Of a stretch of 32,000 bases of DNA, positions 1 to 9,032 are shown piece by piece. Position 1 is the stretch's first letter. Each line of letters opens with the position of its first letter. Source of the DNA: Mycolicibacterium smegmatis (GTDB lineage: Bacteria > Actinomycetota > Actinomycetes > Mycobacteriales > Mycobacteriaceae); NCBI RefSeq assembly GCF_001457595.1, contig NZ_LN831039.1:2310001-2342000 (forward strand). Direction: 5' to 3'. Under the pieces are notes generated by a model. The model had not been told where the DNA came from and searched no databases. It saw only the letters and a program-made list of their open reading frames with translations. The translations under genes were made by a program, and so were the position numbers.

Positions 1-1
1 C

Positions 2-1942
2 GGCGACAGCCCGCTGGTGCGCCAGATCTACATCTACGGCAACAGTGCACGCGCCTACCTGCTGGCCGTGGTCGTCCCCACCGAGGACGCGCTGCGTCAC
101 AGCGGCGGCAACATCGATCAATTGAAGCCCGCGATCAGTGCGTCTTTCCAGGACATCGCGAGGGCTGCGGGGCTGCAGTCCTACGAGATCCCACGCGACT
201 TCCTCGTCGAGACCACGCCGTTCAGCCTCGAGAACGGCCTGCTCACCGGTATCCGCAAGCTGGCCCGCCCGAAACTGAAGGCACACTACGCCGAACGGCT
301 CGAAGCCCTCTACGCCGAACTGGCCGACAAGCAGGCCGACGAACTGGCGGCCCTGCGTCGCAACGGCGCGCAGCGGCCGGTGCTGGAAACCGTCAGCCGC
401 GCGGCCGGTGCGCTGCTCGGGGCGACGGCCGACACCCTGGCACCCGACGCGCACTTCACCGATCTCGGCGGAGATTCCCTGTCGGCGTTGACGTTCGGCA
501 ACCTTCTCCGGGAGGTCTTCGGCGTCGACGTACCGGTGGGTGTGATCGTCAGCCCGGCCAGTGATCTGCGGTCCATCGCGAACTACGTCGAAGCGCAACG
601 CGGGTCAGGTGCGGCCGGGCCCTCGTTCGCGTCGGTGCACGGCCGGAACGCCACCCAGGTGCGCGCGGTCGACCTCACCCTGGAGAAGTTCCTCGACTCG
701 CAAACGTTGACCGCGCCGCGGTCGGCGCCGAGTGCCGACGTGCGCACGGTGCTGCTGACCGGGGCGACCGGTTTTCTCGGGCGCTACCTGGCCCTGGAGT
801 GGCTCGAGCGGATGAGCGAGGTCGGCGGCACCGTGATCTGTCTCGTACGGGCCAAGGACGACGCGTCGGCCCGCCGCCGGCTCGATCGGACATTCGACAG
901 CGGCGATCCAGAACTGCTGCACCACTATCTGGATCTGGCCGACCGGCACCTGCGGGTGATCGCGGGGGACAAGGGCGAAGCGAACCTGGGGCTGGACCCG
1001 GGTACCTGGCAACAACTTGCCGACACGGTGGACGTCATCGTCGACCCCGCGGCGCTGGTCAACCACGTGTTGCCGTACCAGGAGTTGTTCGGCCCCAATG
1101 TCGTGGGCACGGCCGAACTGATCCGGCTTGCGCTGACGACGAAGCCGAAGCCCTACACGTATGTGTCGACCATCGGCGTGGGAGACCAGATCGAACCGTC
1201 GATGTTCACCGAGGATGCCGACATCCGGACCGTCAGCGCGGTGCGTGCCATCGACGACAGCTACGCGAACGGATACGGCAACAGCAAGTGGGCCGGAGAG
1301 GTGCTGCTGCGGGAGGCCCATGACCGGTGTGGGCTGCCGGTCGCGGTGTTCCGCTGCGACATGATCCTGGCCGACACCACATGGGCGGGCCAGCTCAACG
1401 TGCCGGACATGTTCACGCGGCTGATGCTGAGCCTCGTCGCAACGGGCATCGCGCCCGGTTCGTTCTACGAACTCGACGCGCACGGAAACCGGCAGCGCGC
1501 ACACTACGACGGCCTGCCGGTCGGGTTCATCGCCGAGGCGATCGCGACCCTGGGAGCCGCTGCGGCCGACGGATTTTCGACATACCACGTGATGAACCCG
1601 CACGATGACGGTATCGGTCTGGACGAATTCGTCGACTGGCTCGACGAGGCGGGGTACCCGATCGAGCGCATACCGGACTACGCCGCGTGGCTGCAACGGT
1701 TCGACACGGCGCTGCATGCGCTGCCGGACGCGCAACGCCAGGCGTCGCTGCTGCCGCTACTGCACAACTACCAGCACCCCGAGAAGCCGATCCGTGGGTC
1801 GCAGGCACCCACGGATCGGTTTCGGGCAGCGGTGCGTCAGGTGAAGATCGGTGCGGGTGAGGGCAGCCGGGATATTCCGCAGGTGTCCGCGCCGATCATC
1901 GTCAAGTACGTCACCGATCTGCAGAAGGTCGGCCTGTTGTAA
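2..1942 (+). CDS. car: Carboxylic acid reductase, C-terminal part (end of adenylation domain, phosphopantetheine carrier domain, thioester reductase domain); 5' end outside window
   Basis: Open frame continues upstream of the listed Met ([14 protein letters not shown]...). Carrier motif [12 protein letters not shown]. Rossmann/thioester reductase motif [21 protein letters not shown], and [12 protein letters not shown]. Confidence 0.93.
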   Translation, partial: GDSPLVRQIYIYGNSARAYLLAVVVPTEDALRHSGGNIDQLKPAISASFQDIARAAGLQSYEIPRDFLVETTPFSLENGLLTGIRKLARPKLKAHYAERLEALYAELADKQADELAALRRNGAQRPVLETVSRAAGALLGATADTLAPDAHFTDLGGDSLSALTFGNLLREVFGVDVPVGVIVSPASDLRSIANYVEAQRGSGAAGPSFASVHGRNATQVRAVDLTLEKFLDSQTLTAPRSAPSADVRTVLLTGATGFLGRYLALEWLERMSEVGGTVICLVRAKDDASARRRLDRTFDSGDPELLHHYLDLADRHLRVIAGDKGEANLGLDPGTWQQLADTVDVIVDPAALVNHVLPYQELFGPNVVGTAELIRLALTTKPKPYTYVSTIGVGDQIEPSMFTEDADIRTVSAVRAIDDSYANGYGNSKWAGEVLLREAHDRCGLPVAVFRCDMILADTTWAGQLNVPDMFTRLMLSLVATGIAPGSFYELDAHGNRQRAHYDGLPVGFIAEAIATLGAAAADGFSTYHVMNPHDDGIGLDEFVDWLDEAGYPIERIPDYAAWLQRFDTALHALPDAQRQASLLPLLHNYQHPEKPIRGSQAPTDRFRAAVRQVKIGAGEGSRDIPQVSAPIIVKYVTDLQKVGLL

Positions 1943-1967
1943 GGGGCGGCGGCGGCCGTCTTGATCG

Positions 1968-1984
1968 ACGACGGCTCCCGTCGT
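1968..1984 (+). terminator. Possible hairpin terminator downstream of car (ACGACGG-CTC-CCGTCGT), no U-tract
   Basis: Perfect 7-bp inverted repeat with 3-nt loop, 26 nt after the stop codon. Confidence 0.35.
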
Positions 1985-2032
1985 GGCCGGAGTGGTCCTT
2001 CAGGAGCACCATTGCGTCCGGCGATCCGAAAG

Positions 2033-2059
2033 CGGTAAAGTGGCTAAGCCGCTTTACCG
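2033..2059. promoter_or_regulatory. Palindromic operator, likely GntR/FCD regulator site
   Basis: CGGTAAAGTGGCTAAGCCGCTTTACCG, 27-bp near-perfect palindrome just upstream of the oxidoreductase ORF. The core recurs at several other promoters in the window. Confidence 0.7.
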
Positions 2060-2073
2060 AAGGAGGATTGCGG

Positions 2074-2913
2074 ATGCCGGTACGGCTTGGAATCGGGATT
2101 CCCACCACCATCGGTCCGCCCCGTGCGCCCGAGCTGTCGCGATGGTGTCGGGAAGCCGAAGAACGTGGAGCCAGCAGCCTGTCCTGCGTGGACCGCCTCA
2201 ATTACCCGAACCTTGACTCTTTCCTGGCCCTCGCCGCGGCGGCTGCCGTCACCCACACGGTCCGGCTCCTCGCCACGGTCGTGGTCGCGCCCCTGCGCGG
2301 CAATGGGGAGCTGCTCCGAAAACAGCTCGCCAACCTGCACCACTTCTCCGGTCGCCGCTTCGACGTCGGTCTGGGTGTCGGTCGGCGCGACGACGACTAC
2401 GTCGCCTCCGACGTCGACTTCTCCACTCGTGGAAAGCGGTTCGACGCCCAACTCGACCGGCTCTTCGGGACTGGCGAAGACAAGAGCCCCGAGCTTCCCT
2501 GTGTGATGTTCGGCGGACAGAGCCCGGCGACCCTTCGGCGAATTGCCCGGTGGGGCGGAGGGTGGGTCTCGGCGGCCGGGCTGGGCGGGCTGCAATCGAC
2601 CATCGAGTTCTCCCAGCAGGTCCACGAAGCCTGGTCGAGCGCAAATCGGCCCGGAAAACCACGATTGGTCGCCCTCGCGTACGCGGCAGTCGGGAAGCAG
2701 GCGGCCACCCACGCCCGCACCCACATGCAGGAGTACTACGGGTTCCTCGGTACCGAGGGTGTCGATCGGCTCACCCGCCAGGTCATCAAAGGACACGATC
2801 AACTCACCGACGCCCGCGGCCGACTCGCCGACGCCGGGTTCGACGAACTCATCGTGCTCCCGACCTCCGACTCACTGGACCAACTCGCGCTCCTCGACGA
2901 ATCCACCGCATAA
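2074..2913 (+). CDS. LLM-class flavin-dependent oxidoreductase
   Basis: Luciferase-like fold signatures (LGIGIPTT..., RRFDVGLGVGRRDDDY, LPCVMFGGQSPATLRRIARWGGGWVS). AGGAGG Shine-Dalgarno at 2061-2066. The track start at 2068 is a TTG. Confidence 0.82.
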   Translation: MPVRLGIGIPTTIGPPRAPELSRWCREAEERGASSLSCVDRLNYPNLDSFLALAAAAAVTHTVRLLATVVVAPLRGNGELLRKQLANLHHFSGRRFDVGLGVGRRDDDYVASDVDFSTRGKRFDAQLDRLFGTGEDKSPELPCVMFGGQSPATLRRIARWGGGWVSAAGLGGLQSTIEFSQQVHEAWSSANRPGKPRLVALAYAAVGKQAATHARTHMQEYYGFLGTEGVDRLTRQVIKGHDQLTDARGRLADAGFDELIVLPTSDSLDQLALLDESTA

Positions 2914-2932
2914 GCCCAGGTGAAAGACCTCT

Positions 2933-4375
2933 ATGAAAGGAACGCAGACGATGCACGACGGTCCGACGGCCATGTATATCAACGGCGAATGGGTCGCCGA
3001 GGGGGAGAACGGCACAACCACTCTCACCGCACCGTTCGACGGACGCGAGTTGGCCGTCATCCCCGTCGGAGGGCGCCGCGACGTCGAACGCGCGGTGCAG
3101 GCCGCCCACAATGCGCGACGTACAGGTCTCCCGCTGGACCGGCGGCTGACCATCCTTGAGGCGGTGGCGGCGTCGATCGCCGCGCGCAGCGAGGATTTCG
3201 CCCGCGCGATCGCGCTCGAATGCGCCAAACCCATCAAGACCGCACGCGCGGAGGTGCTGCGCGCGATCGATACGATCAAGTTCTCGGTCGCCGCCGCACG
3301 CACACTCGGTTCGGAAAGCGTGCCGCTCGATGCAACGGCGCCGGGCGCGGGCAAGACCACCTTCACCAAGCGTGTCCCCGTCGGGGTCGTGGCGGCGATC
3401 GCGCCGTTCAACTTCCCGCTCAACCTCGTGGTGCACAAGGTCGCACCCGCACTCGCGGTGGGATGCCCGGTTGTCCTCAAACCCGCGACCCAGACACCGC
3501 TGTCGGCCCTACTGCTCGCCGAGGTGTTCCATGAGGCCGGACTGCCGGCGGGGTGGCTCAACGTCGTGTGCGGATCAGGAGCCGAGGTCGGGGGGGCGCT
3601 CGCCACGCATCCCGATGTCGCGTACGTGACGTTCACCGGGTCGCCCCAGGTGGGTTGGGGCATCGCCGAGGCCGCCCCCAAGAAGAAGGTCCGCCTGGAG
3701 CTCGGGTCCAACGCGCCGTTGATCGTCGACCGTGAGTCCGACTGGGAAGCAGCGGCCGATCAGGCGGTCTTCGGGGCGTTCGTGCAGGCCGGCCAGTCCT
3801 GCGTGTCGACGCAGCGCATCTTCGTCCACGAAGACGTTGTCGACGCGTTCACCGAGCGTATGGCGGCCGCGACCCGGGACCTGGTGGTCGGTGATCCACT
3901 CGACGAGACCGTCGACGTCTCGGCCGTCATCAACGAAGGCGAGGCCATCCGGGTGGAGAAGTGGATCGCCGAAGCAGAAGCCGGCGGCGCGAAAGTAGTT
4001 GTGGGAGGCGAGCGTTCCGGAGCTGTTGTGACGCCCACGATCATCAGGGGTGTCGACCGGGCCGCCAAGGTGCAGTGCCAGGAGGTGTTCGGTCCGGTGG
4101 TGACCATCAACTCGTTCGCCGAGTTCACCGAGGCCCTCGCCGCGGCGAACGACTCCGTCTTCGGTCTCAACGCCGGCGTGTTCACGACGAATCTTCGGCA
4201 TGCGCTGCAGGCCATCGAGGAGCTCGAGTTCGGAAGTGTCTACATCAACGATGTGCCCACCGTCCGCGCTGATCAGCAGCCCTACGGCGGGGTCAAGGAA
4301 TCGGGAAACACGCGGGAGGGTCCGCGGTACGCGATGGAGGAGATGACCGAGCTGAAGTTCATCACGCTCCGTTGA
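2933..4375 (+). CDS. NAD(P)-dependent aldehyde dehydrogenase family protein
   Basis: 480 aa. Motifs: AIAPFNFPLNLVVHKVAPAL, TFTGSPQVGWGIAE, catalytic Glu in LELGSNAP, catalytic Cys in QAGQSCVSTQR, EVFGPVV. Start could be 2951. Confidence 0.92.
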   Translation: MKGTQTMHDGPTAMYINGEWVAEGENGTTTLTAPFDGRELAVIPVGGRRDVERAVQAAHNARRTGLPLDRRLTILEAVAASIAARSEDFARAIALECAKPIKTARAEVLRAIDTIKFSVAAARTLGSESVPLDATAPGAGKTTFTKRVPVGVVAAIAPFNFPLNLVVHKVAPALAVGCPVVLKPATQTPLSALLLAEVFHEAGLPAGWLNVVCGSGAEVGGALATHPDVAYVTFTGSPQVGWGIAEAAPKKKVRLELGSNAPLIVDRESDWEAAADQAVFGAFVQAGQSCVSTQRIFVHEDVVDAFTERMAAATRDLVVGDPLDETVDVSAVINEGEAIRVEKWIAEAEAGGAKVVVGGERSGAVVTPTIIRGVDRAAKVQCQEVFGPVVTINSFAEFTEALAAANDSVFGLNAGVFTTNLRHALQAIEELEFGSVYINDVPTVRADQQPYGGVKESGNTREGPRYAMEEMTELKFITLR

Positions 4376-4440
4376 GCGGTCGGCTCACCGGACATTCCTG
4401 CCCGCGGAACTACCATGGTCGGAGTTTTGGTGACTGAGGA

Positions 4441-5235
4441 GTGTCAATGACGCGTGGCGGGCCATCGAGGTCGGAGAGCAATGCGGCTGCTCGCCGGGCA
4501 ATGGACGAGCAGTACCGCCAGAGCTTTCAGCTCGAGCCCGTCACGCGCATCGCCGATCGGGTCGCCGACCAGGTCCGCGATTACATCGTGGCCAACGACC
4601 TGGAGCCTGGTGCCCGGCTGCCGTCCGAGCGGCGTCTCGCCGAGCTCGTGGGCAGTTCGCGCCCCACGGTCAGCCAGGCGCTGCGAAGCCTCGCTGTGAC
4701 CGGGCTGATCGAGATACGGCCGGGTGCAGGGGCTTTCGTCCTGCGCAAACCCACCACCGCGGTGGGCACAGGTCTGCAGATGATGATCGAGCTGGAGCCG
4801 GACAGCATCGGCGAGGCCGTGGACATGCGCCATCTGCTGGAGATGGCCGCCATGGAACGCATCACGACAAGGCCCACGCTTGACCTCGGCAGCATCGACG
4901 AGGCGCTGGAGCGCCTGCGGGCGGCCAAAGGGAGTGCGGCGGAATGGATCGCGGCCGATACCAACTTCCACGTCGCGTTCATCCGTCTCGCGGAGAACCG
5001 CTTCTTGACCAGCGTGTTCGAGAGCGTCCACGATGCGGTTGTCGCGAGGGCCTATCAGAGCTGGATCGTCGCGAACGAGCCGCCGCCCTGGCTGGCAGGT
5101 AAAGAGTTCGCGGCGCAGATCGCCCTGCATGAGCCGATCGTCGCTGCGCTGCGGGCAAGTGACCGTGCGCAATTGGCCACGGCGCTGACGCGCCACCAGG
5201 AGGCTCTCGAAGCGCACATGCGTCTTCACGGCTGA
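4441..5235 (+). CDS. GntR family (FadR/FCD subgroup) transcriptional regulator
   Basis: N-terminal wHTH (VRDYIVANDLEPGARLPSERRLAELVGSSRPTVSQALRSLAVTGLIEIRPGAGAFV) and all-helical FCD-like C-terminal domain. Start 4441 (GTG) or 4447 (ATG). Confidence 0.9.
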   Translation: MSMTRGGPSRSESNAAARRAMDEQYRQSFQLEPVTRIADRVADQVRDYIVANDLEPGARLPSERRLAELVGSSRPTVSQALRSLAVTGLIEIRPGAGAFVLRKPTTAVGTGLQMMIELEPDSIGEAVDMRHLLEMAAMERITTRPTLDLGSIDEALERLRAAKGSAAEWIAADTNFHVAFIRLAENRFLTSVFESVHDAVVARAYQSWIVANEPPPWLAGKEFAAQIALHEPIVAALRASDRAQLATALTRHQEALEAHMRLHG

Positions 5236-5264
5236 GTCCACGCGCCGAGAACAGCGCGCACTTC

Positions 5265-5302
5265 GAAAGCCGGTTCCCTGACCTCAGGGGGCCGGCTTTT
5301 TC
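5265..5302 (+). terminator. Rho-independent terminator after the GntR gene
   Basis: GAAAGCCGGTTCCCTGACCTCAGGGGGCCGGCTTTTTC: long GC-rich stem, short loop, terminal T-run. Confidence 0.85.
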
Positions 5303-5400
5303 ATGTCACTCGTCGCCGGATGCGGCCGAAAGCTTTGTCCCCGTTCGGGGTTGATCTTCCTCAGGCAGTTGACATTCGTGTGGTACCAGACACACAATAG

Positions 5401-5427
5401 CGGCTAAGCGGCTAGGTGGCTTAGCCA
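5401..5427. promoter_or_regulatory. Double operator upstream of the transketolase operon
   Basis: CGGCTAAGCG (5401-5410) and perfect TGGCTTAGCCA (5417-5427), centres about 16 bp apart, directly upstream of the SD and start. Confidence 0.65.
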
Positions 5428-5442
5428 AATTGGAGGAAGTAA

Positions 5443-6339
5443 TTGTCTACATGCACCATCCCCGCAGCGACGCCGGCGGCCGGCGACCGGCAGTTCAGCG
5501 ATGACGACATCCGACGGGCCGCCTGGCGCATCCGCCGGCGTGCACTCGACATGGTGGCGCGGGAGGGGTTCGGCTACCTGGGCCAAGCACTCTCGGCAGC
5601 CGAGCTTTTCGCTTCGCTGTACGTCGGCGCACTGACCCCCGATGACGAACTCGTCGTCTCACCAGGGCATTACGCGATCGCCCACTATGCCGCGGGAGTT
5701 GAGGTCGGACGTATCGACGAGGCAGAGCTCGCGACCTACGGCGTCGACGGTTCGCGGCTGGAGTCCATCGGAACCGAACGCACTCCGGGCCTTTCGGTCA
5801 CGTGCGGATCGCTCGGACAAGGGCTGTCGGTCGCCGCGGGGCTGGCGCTCGGCGCGAAGTTGCAGGACGCCTCGAAGTTCACGTATGCCGTGGTCAGCGA
5901 CGGCGAGATGGAAGAAGGGCAGACCTGGGAGGCCGCGCTGTTCGCAGCGCACCACGGACTGTCCGATCTCATCGTCCTGCTCGACCGCAACGACAGTCAG
6001 GTCGACGGCCCGACGCACACGGTCACCACCCTCGAGCCGGTGACCGACAAGTGGGCGGCCTTCGGCTGGGACGTGCGCGCCGTCGACGGACACGACGTCG
6101 GACAACTTCGCGCCGCCGTGCGCGCGGCGCAAGAGACGTCGGCGCCGTCGGTCATCGTCGCCAAGACCTGGACGCTCTCGGGCCTCGACCACATCCTTCC
6201 CGACGAGGCCGACGGCCACTTCCTCAAGGTCTCGCCCGATCAGATCGCACGAGCACGCAAGCACCTGGTCGAGGCAGAGCAGGAGGCACGAAAAGTCCAA
6301 CCCGCCCCGTGGGGTGACCGTGAGGAGGCACGGGCATGA
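5443..6339 (+). CDS. Transketolase-like protein, N-terminal (ThDP-binding) subunit
   Basis: 298 aa. ThDP/Mg motif SDGEMEEGQTWEAALFAAHH...DRNDSQVDG, SPGH, CGSLGQGLSVAAG. TTG start preceded by GGAGG. Confidence 0.88.
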   Translation: MSTCTIPAATPAAGDRQFSDDDIRRAAWRIRRRALDMVAREGFGYLGQALSAAELFASLYVGALTPDDELVVSPGHYAIAHYAAGVEVGRIDEAELATYGVDGSRLESIGTERTPGLSVTCGSLGQGLSVAAGLALGAKLQDASKFTYAVVSDGEMEEGQTWEAALFAAHHGLSDLIVLLDRNDSQVDGPTHTVTTLEPVTDKWAAFGWDVRAVDGHDVGQLRAAVRAAQETSAPSVIVAKTWTLSGLDHILPDEADGHFLKVSPDQIARARKHLVEAEQEARKVQPAPWGDREEARA

Positions 6340-7370
6340 GCAAGGCGCAATCCCTTCGCGCTCCCTACGCCACCGTGCTGAAGCCCTATGGCTCGGCACT
6401 CGTGGACCTGGCGAGGCGGAAATCGAACGTCGTCTGCCTCGGGGCCGACCTCACGCGTCAAACCGAGACCGACCTGTTCCGCGACCAACTCGGCGACAGG
6501 TTCTTCAACGGCGCCATGAGCGAACAGAACCTCATGGGCGTGGCGGCCGGCCTTGCGCGGACCGGCCATCAGGTCTTTGTGAACACGTTCGGCGTGTTCG
6601 CGACGCGACGCCCCTACGAGCAGGTCGCAATGCAGATCGCCTATGCCGGCCTCGATGTGAAGATCGTCGGGCTCATGCCGGGCCTGTCGACGCCGGGCGG
6701 ACCCAGTCATCAGGCAACCGACGACATCGCCCTGATGCGCGCGCTGCCGAACATGACGGTGATCGACGTCGCGGACGCGCGTGAGATCCCGCAGGCCGTC
6801 ACCGCGATCTCCGAGATCCCCGGCCCGGTGTACATGCGGCTCAAGCGCGGCGAGATCCCGGTCCTGTTCGACGAGGATCATCGCCTGGACCTCGACAACG
6901 TGGTGGTGGTCGACGGCGAGGCCGACGAGCGCGAACCCGTCGACCTCACCATCTTGGCGACGGGCATGATGGTCGCGACCTCGCTCGCCGCGGCCGACGC
7001 TCTTCGCAGCATCGGGATCTGCGTCAACGTCGTCAACGTCGCGTGCCTCAAGCCCCTCGACACGGCCGGTGTCCTTCGCCAGGCGCGTCGCTCGGCCGCG
7101 GTCGTCACCGCGGAAAACCACAGTGTGATCGGAGGACTCGGCAGCGCGGTCGCCGAGGTGATGGCCGAGGCGGGCCTGGCGGTACCACTTCGCCGCGTCG
7201 GTATCCAGGACACCTTCGCGCGCGCGGCGAGTGCGCGTTATCTCTTCGAGCACTACGGCCTGAGCAGCCAGCACCTGGTGGACACCGCAGCCGCGCTGTG
7301 CGGGCGCGACGCGCCCTATCCGCAGGTTGTCGAAGTGCCTCAGGAAGTCGGCGCCTACTCGCCGGTCTGA
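6336..7370 (+). CDS. Transketolase-like protein, C-terminal (pyrimidine-binding) subunit
   Basis: 344 aa. AMSEQNLMGVAAGLA, GLMPGLSTPGGPSHQATDDIALMRALPNM. Overlaps the upstream CDS by 4 nt (ATGA). Confidence 0.9.
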   Translation: MSKAQSLRAPYATVLKPYGSALVDLARRKSNVVCLGADLTRQTETDLFRDQLGDRFFNGAMSEQNLMGVAAGLARTGHQVFVNTFGVFATRRPYEQVAMQIAYAGLDVKIVGLMPGLSTPGGPSHQATDDIALMRALPNMTVIDVADAREIPQAVTAISEIPGPVYMRLKRGEIPVLFDEDHRLDLDNVVVVDGEADEREPVDLTILATGMMVATSLAAADALRSIGICVNVVNVACLKPLDTAGVLRQARRSAAVVTAENHSVIGGLGSAVAEVMAEAGLAVPLRRVGIQDTFARAASARYLFEHYGLSSQHLVDTAAALCGRDAPYPQVVEVPQEVGAYSPV

Positions 7371-7413
7371 GACCGCCTCGAACGTCGGAAGTCAAACCCG
7401 TTAGGAGAAGAAT

Positions 7414-8805
7414 GTGAGTGCAACCGATACCAGCCTGCCCACGGGCTGGCGGCCGAGCGAACTGGGGGCCCACGCCGTGCCGGTGGGCTCGCCGGGGACC
7501 ACCATGGCGGTCGACTGGGAGCGCCGGATCGACTTCGATCGCCTTCGCACCCAGCGGCTCACCCGAGCCCTCGACGCCCTCGAGCGCAGTGAACTCGGGG
7601 CGCTGCTGCTCTTCGACATGAACAACATCCGCTACACGACGGCCACCCACATCGGAAACTGGGCCAGGGACAAGCTGTTCCGGATGGCCCTTCTGATCCG
7701 CGGTCAGGCGCCGATCCTGTGGGACATCGGTTCGGCCGCCCGGCTGCACCAGATGCAGGCTCCGTGGCTGCCTCAGGACAGCTGGCGGGCCGGACTCTCG
7801 ACATGGCGCGGCGCGATCGACGACGAGGTCGGCGTGCAGACCGGCAACGCGAAGAAGGTCGCCGACCTCCTGCGCGAGCACGGACTCGCCAACGATCCCG
7901 TCGGCGTCGACGTGGTCGAACTTCCCATGCTCAAAGCCCTTGAGGCCGAGGGCCTCACCATCGTCGACGGTCAGGGCCTCATGCTCGATGTCCGATCGAT
8001 CAAGACCGTCGACGAGATCGCCCTGCTGGACCACGCCGCTGCGTGCGTCGACGCGGCCTACGAGGAGCTCTACAAGTTTCTCCGCGTGGGCGTCAAAGAG
8101 AACGAGACCGTCGCACTGGTCAACAAGGTCCTCTACGAACTGGGCAGCGAAGAGGTCGAGGCCGTCAACGCCATCAGCGGCGAGCGTTGCAGCCCGCACC
8201 CACATGTGTTCAGCGACCGCATGATCCGGCCGATGGACACCGCGTACTTCGACATCGTCCACTCGTACATGGGTTACCGGACGTGCTACTACCGCACGCT
8301 GAACGTCGCAGGCGCGACACGTGCCCAGCGTGACGCGTACAAGCGGGCGCGCGAATACATCGACCTGGCCATCAGCGAGGTGAAACCGGGTGTGCTGACC
8401 TCCGACATCGTCAAGCACTTCCCGGCCGCACAGGAATTCGGCTTCGCCAGCGAGGAGGAAGCGTTCGGGCTGCAGTACTGCCACGGTGTCGGCCTCTCGG
8501 TCTGGGAGAAGCCGCTGATGAGCCGCTACCACTCCTTCGACCATCCGGTCGAGATCAAGGAGGGGATGGTGTTCGCGCTCGAAACCTACTGGCCGACTGC
8601 CGACGGATCTTCGGCGGCGCGCATCGAGGAGGAGGTCGAGGTGACCGCGACCGGAGCCAGGGTGATCACCCGTTTCCCGGCCGATGAGCTTCTCGTGGCA
8701 GGCACCAGGTACTGGAACGGCTTCGATTTCCCCGAGATCAAGGCGCCGATCGGGCGGGGTGTCGCCTCCGGGGTGGCGGCGACCAACGGGGCCGGCGCGA
8801 GCTGA
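7414..8805 (+). CDS. M24 (creatinase/aminopeptidase P fold) family protein with a non-canonical metal site
   Basis: 463 aa. YFDIVHSYMGYRTCYYRT, YCHGVGLSVWEKP, EGMVFALETYW, RIEEEVEVT match the M24 ligand blocks, except that the second Asp is Cys. Confidence 0.85.
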   Translation: MSATDTSLPTGWRPSELGAHAVPVGSPGTTMAVDWERRIDFDRLRTQRLTRALDALERSELGALLLFDMNNIRYTTATHIGNWARDKLFRMALLIRGQAPILWDIGSAARLHQMQAPWLPQDSWRAGLSTWRGAIDDEVGVQTGNAKKVADLLREHGLANDPVGVDVVELPMLKALEAEGLTIVDGQGLMLDVRSIKTVDEIALLDHAAACVDAAYEELYKFLRVGVKENETVALVNKVLYELGSEEVEAVNAISGERCSPHPHVFSDRMIRPMDTAYFDIVHSYMGYRTCYYRTLNVAGATRAQRDAYKRAREYIDLAISEVKPGVLTSDIVKHFPAAQEFGFASEEEAFGLQYCHGVGLSVWEKPLMSRYHSFDHPVEIKEGMVFALETYWPTADGSSAARIEEEVEVTATGARVITRFPADELLVAGTRYWNGFDFPEIKAPIGRGVASGVAATNGAGAS

Positions 8806-9032
8806 TGTCGCGATCACGAGGCGTGGGCGAAACCGATGTGCGCACGGACCGGCGTCGCCACCTCGCCGTTGCCGGAGCCGGAGCAGTCGCCGTGATGCTC
8901 GCCGTTGCGTCGGCCGGCTGTTCCGGGGGCGGTTCCGGCGATGCCGGTGCGACCGACAAGGGTGTCCGCTCGGTCGACGTGGATGTCGTTCAGGGACCGA
9001 TGATCACGACACGGCCCTCATGGCTCCGGTAG
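8805..9032 (+). CDS. Putative small lipoprotein (75 aa), possibly a gene remnant
   Basis: TGATG overlap with the upstream stop. Basic N-terminus, hydrophobic stretch, lipobox-like VASAGC, Gly/Ser-rich start of the mature part. Ends inside the next gene's start region. Confidence 0.45.
   Translation: MSRSRGVGETDVRTDRRRHLAVAGAGAVAVMLAVASAGCSGGGSGDAGATDKGVRSVDVDVVQGPMITTRPSWLR

Noticed and set aside
605-1735. Long minus-strand ORF (376 aa) opposite car
   Set aside because: Composition is Arg/Val/His-rich mirror-frame translation of a strongly conserved plus-strand gene; no recognisable domain.
2044-4201. Long minus-strand ORFs (252, 195, 279 and 208 aa) opposite the oxidoreductase and ALDH
   Set aside because: Shadow ORFs expected in high-GC DNA; the opposite strand carries clear family motifs.
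7105-8817. 570-aa minus-strand ORF opposite the M24 gene
   Set aside because: Spurious high-GC frame; plus strand has the conserved M24 blocks.
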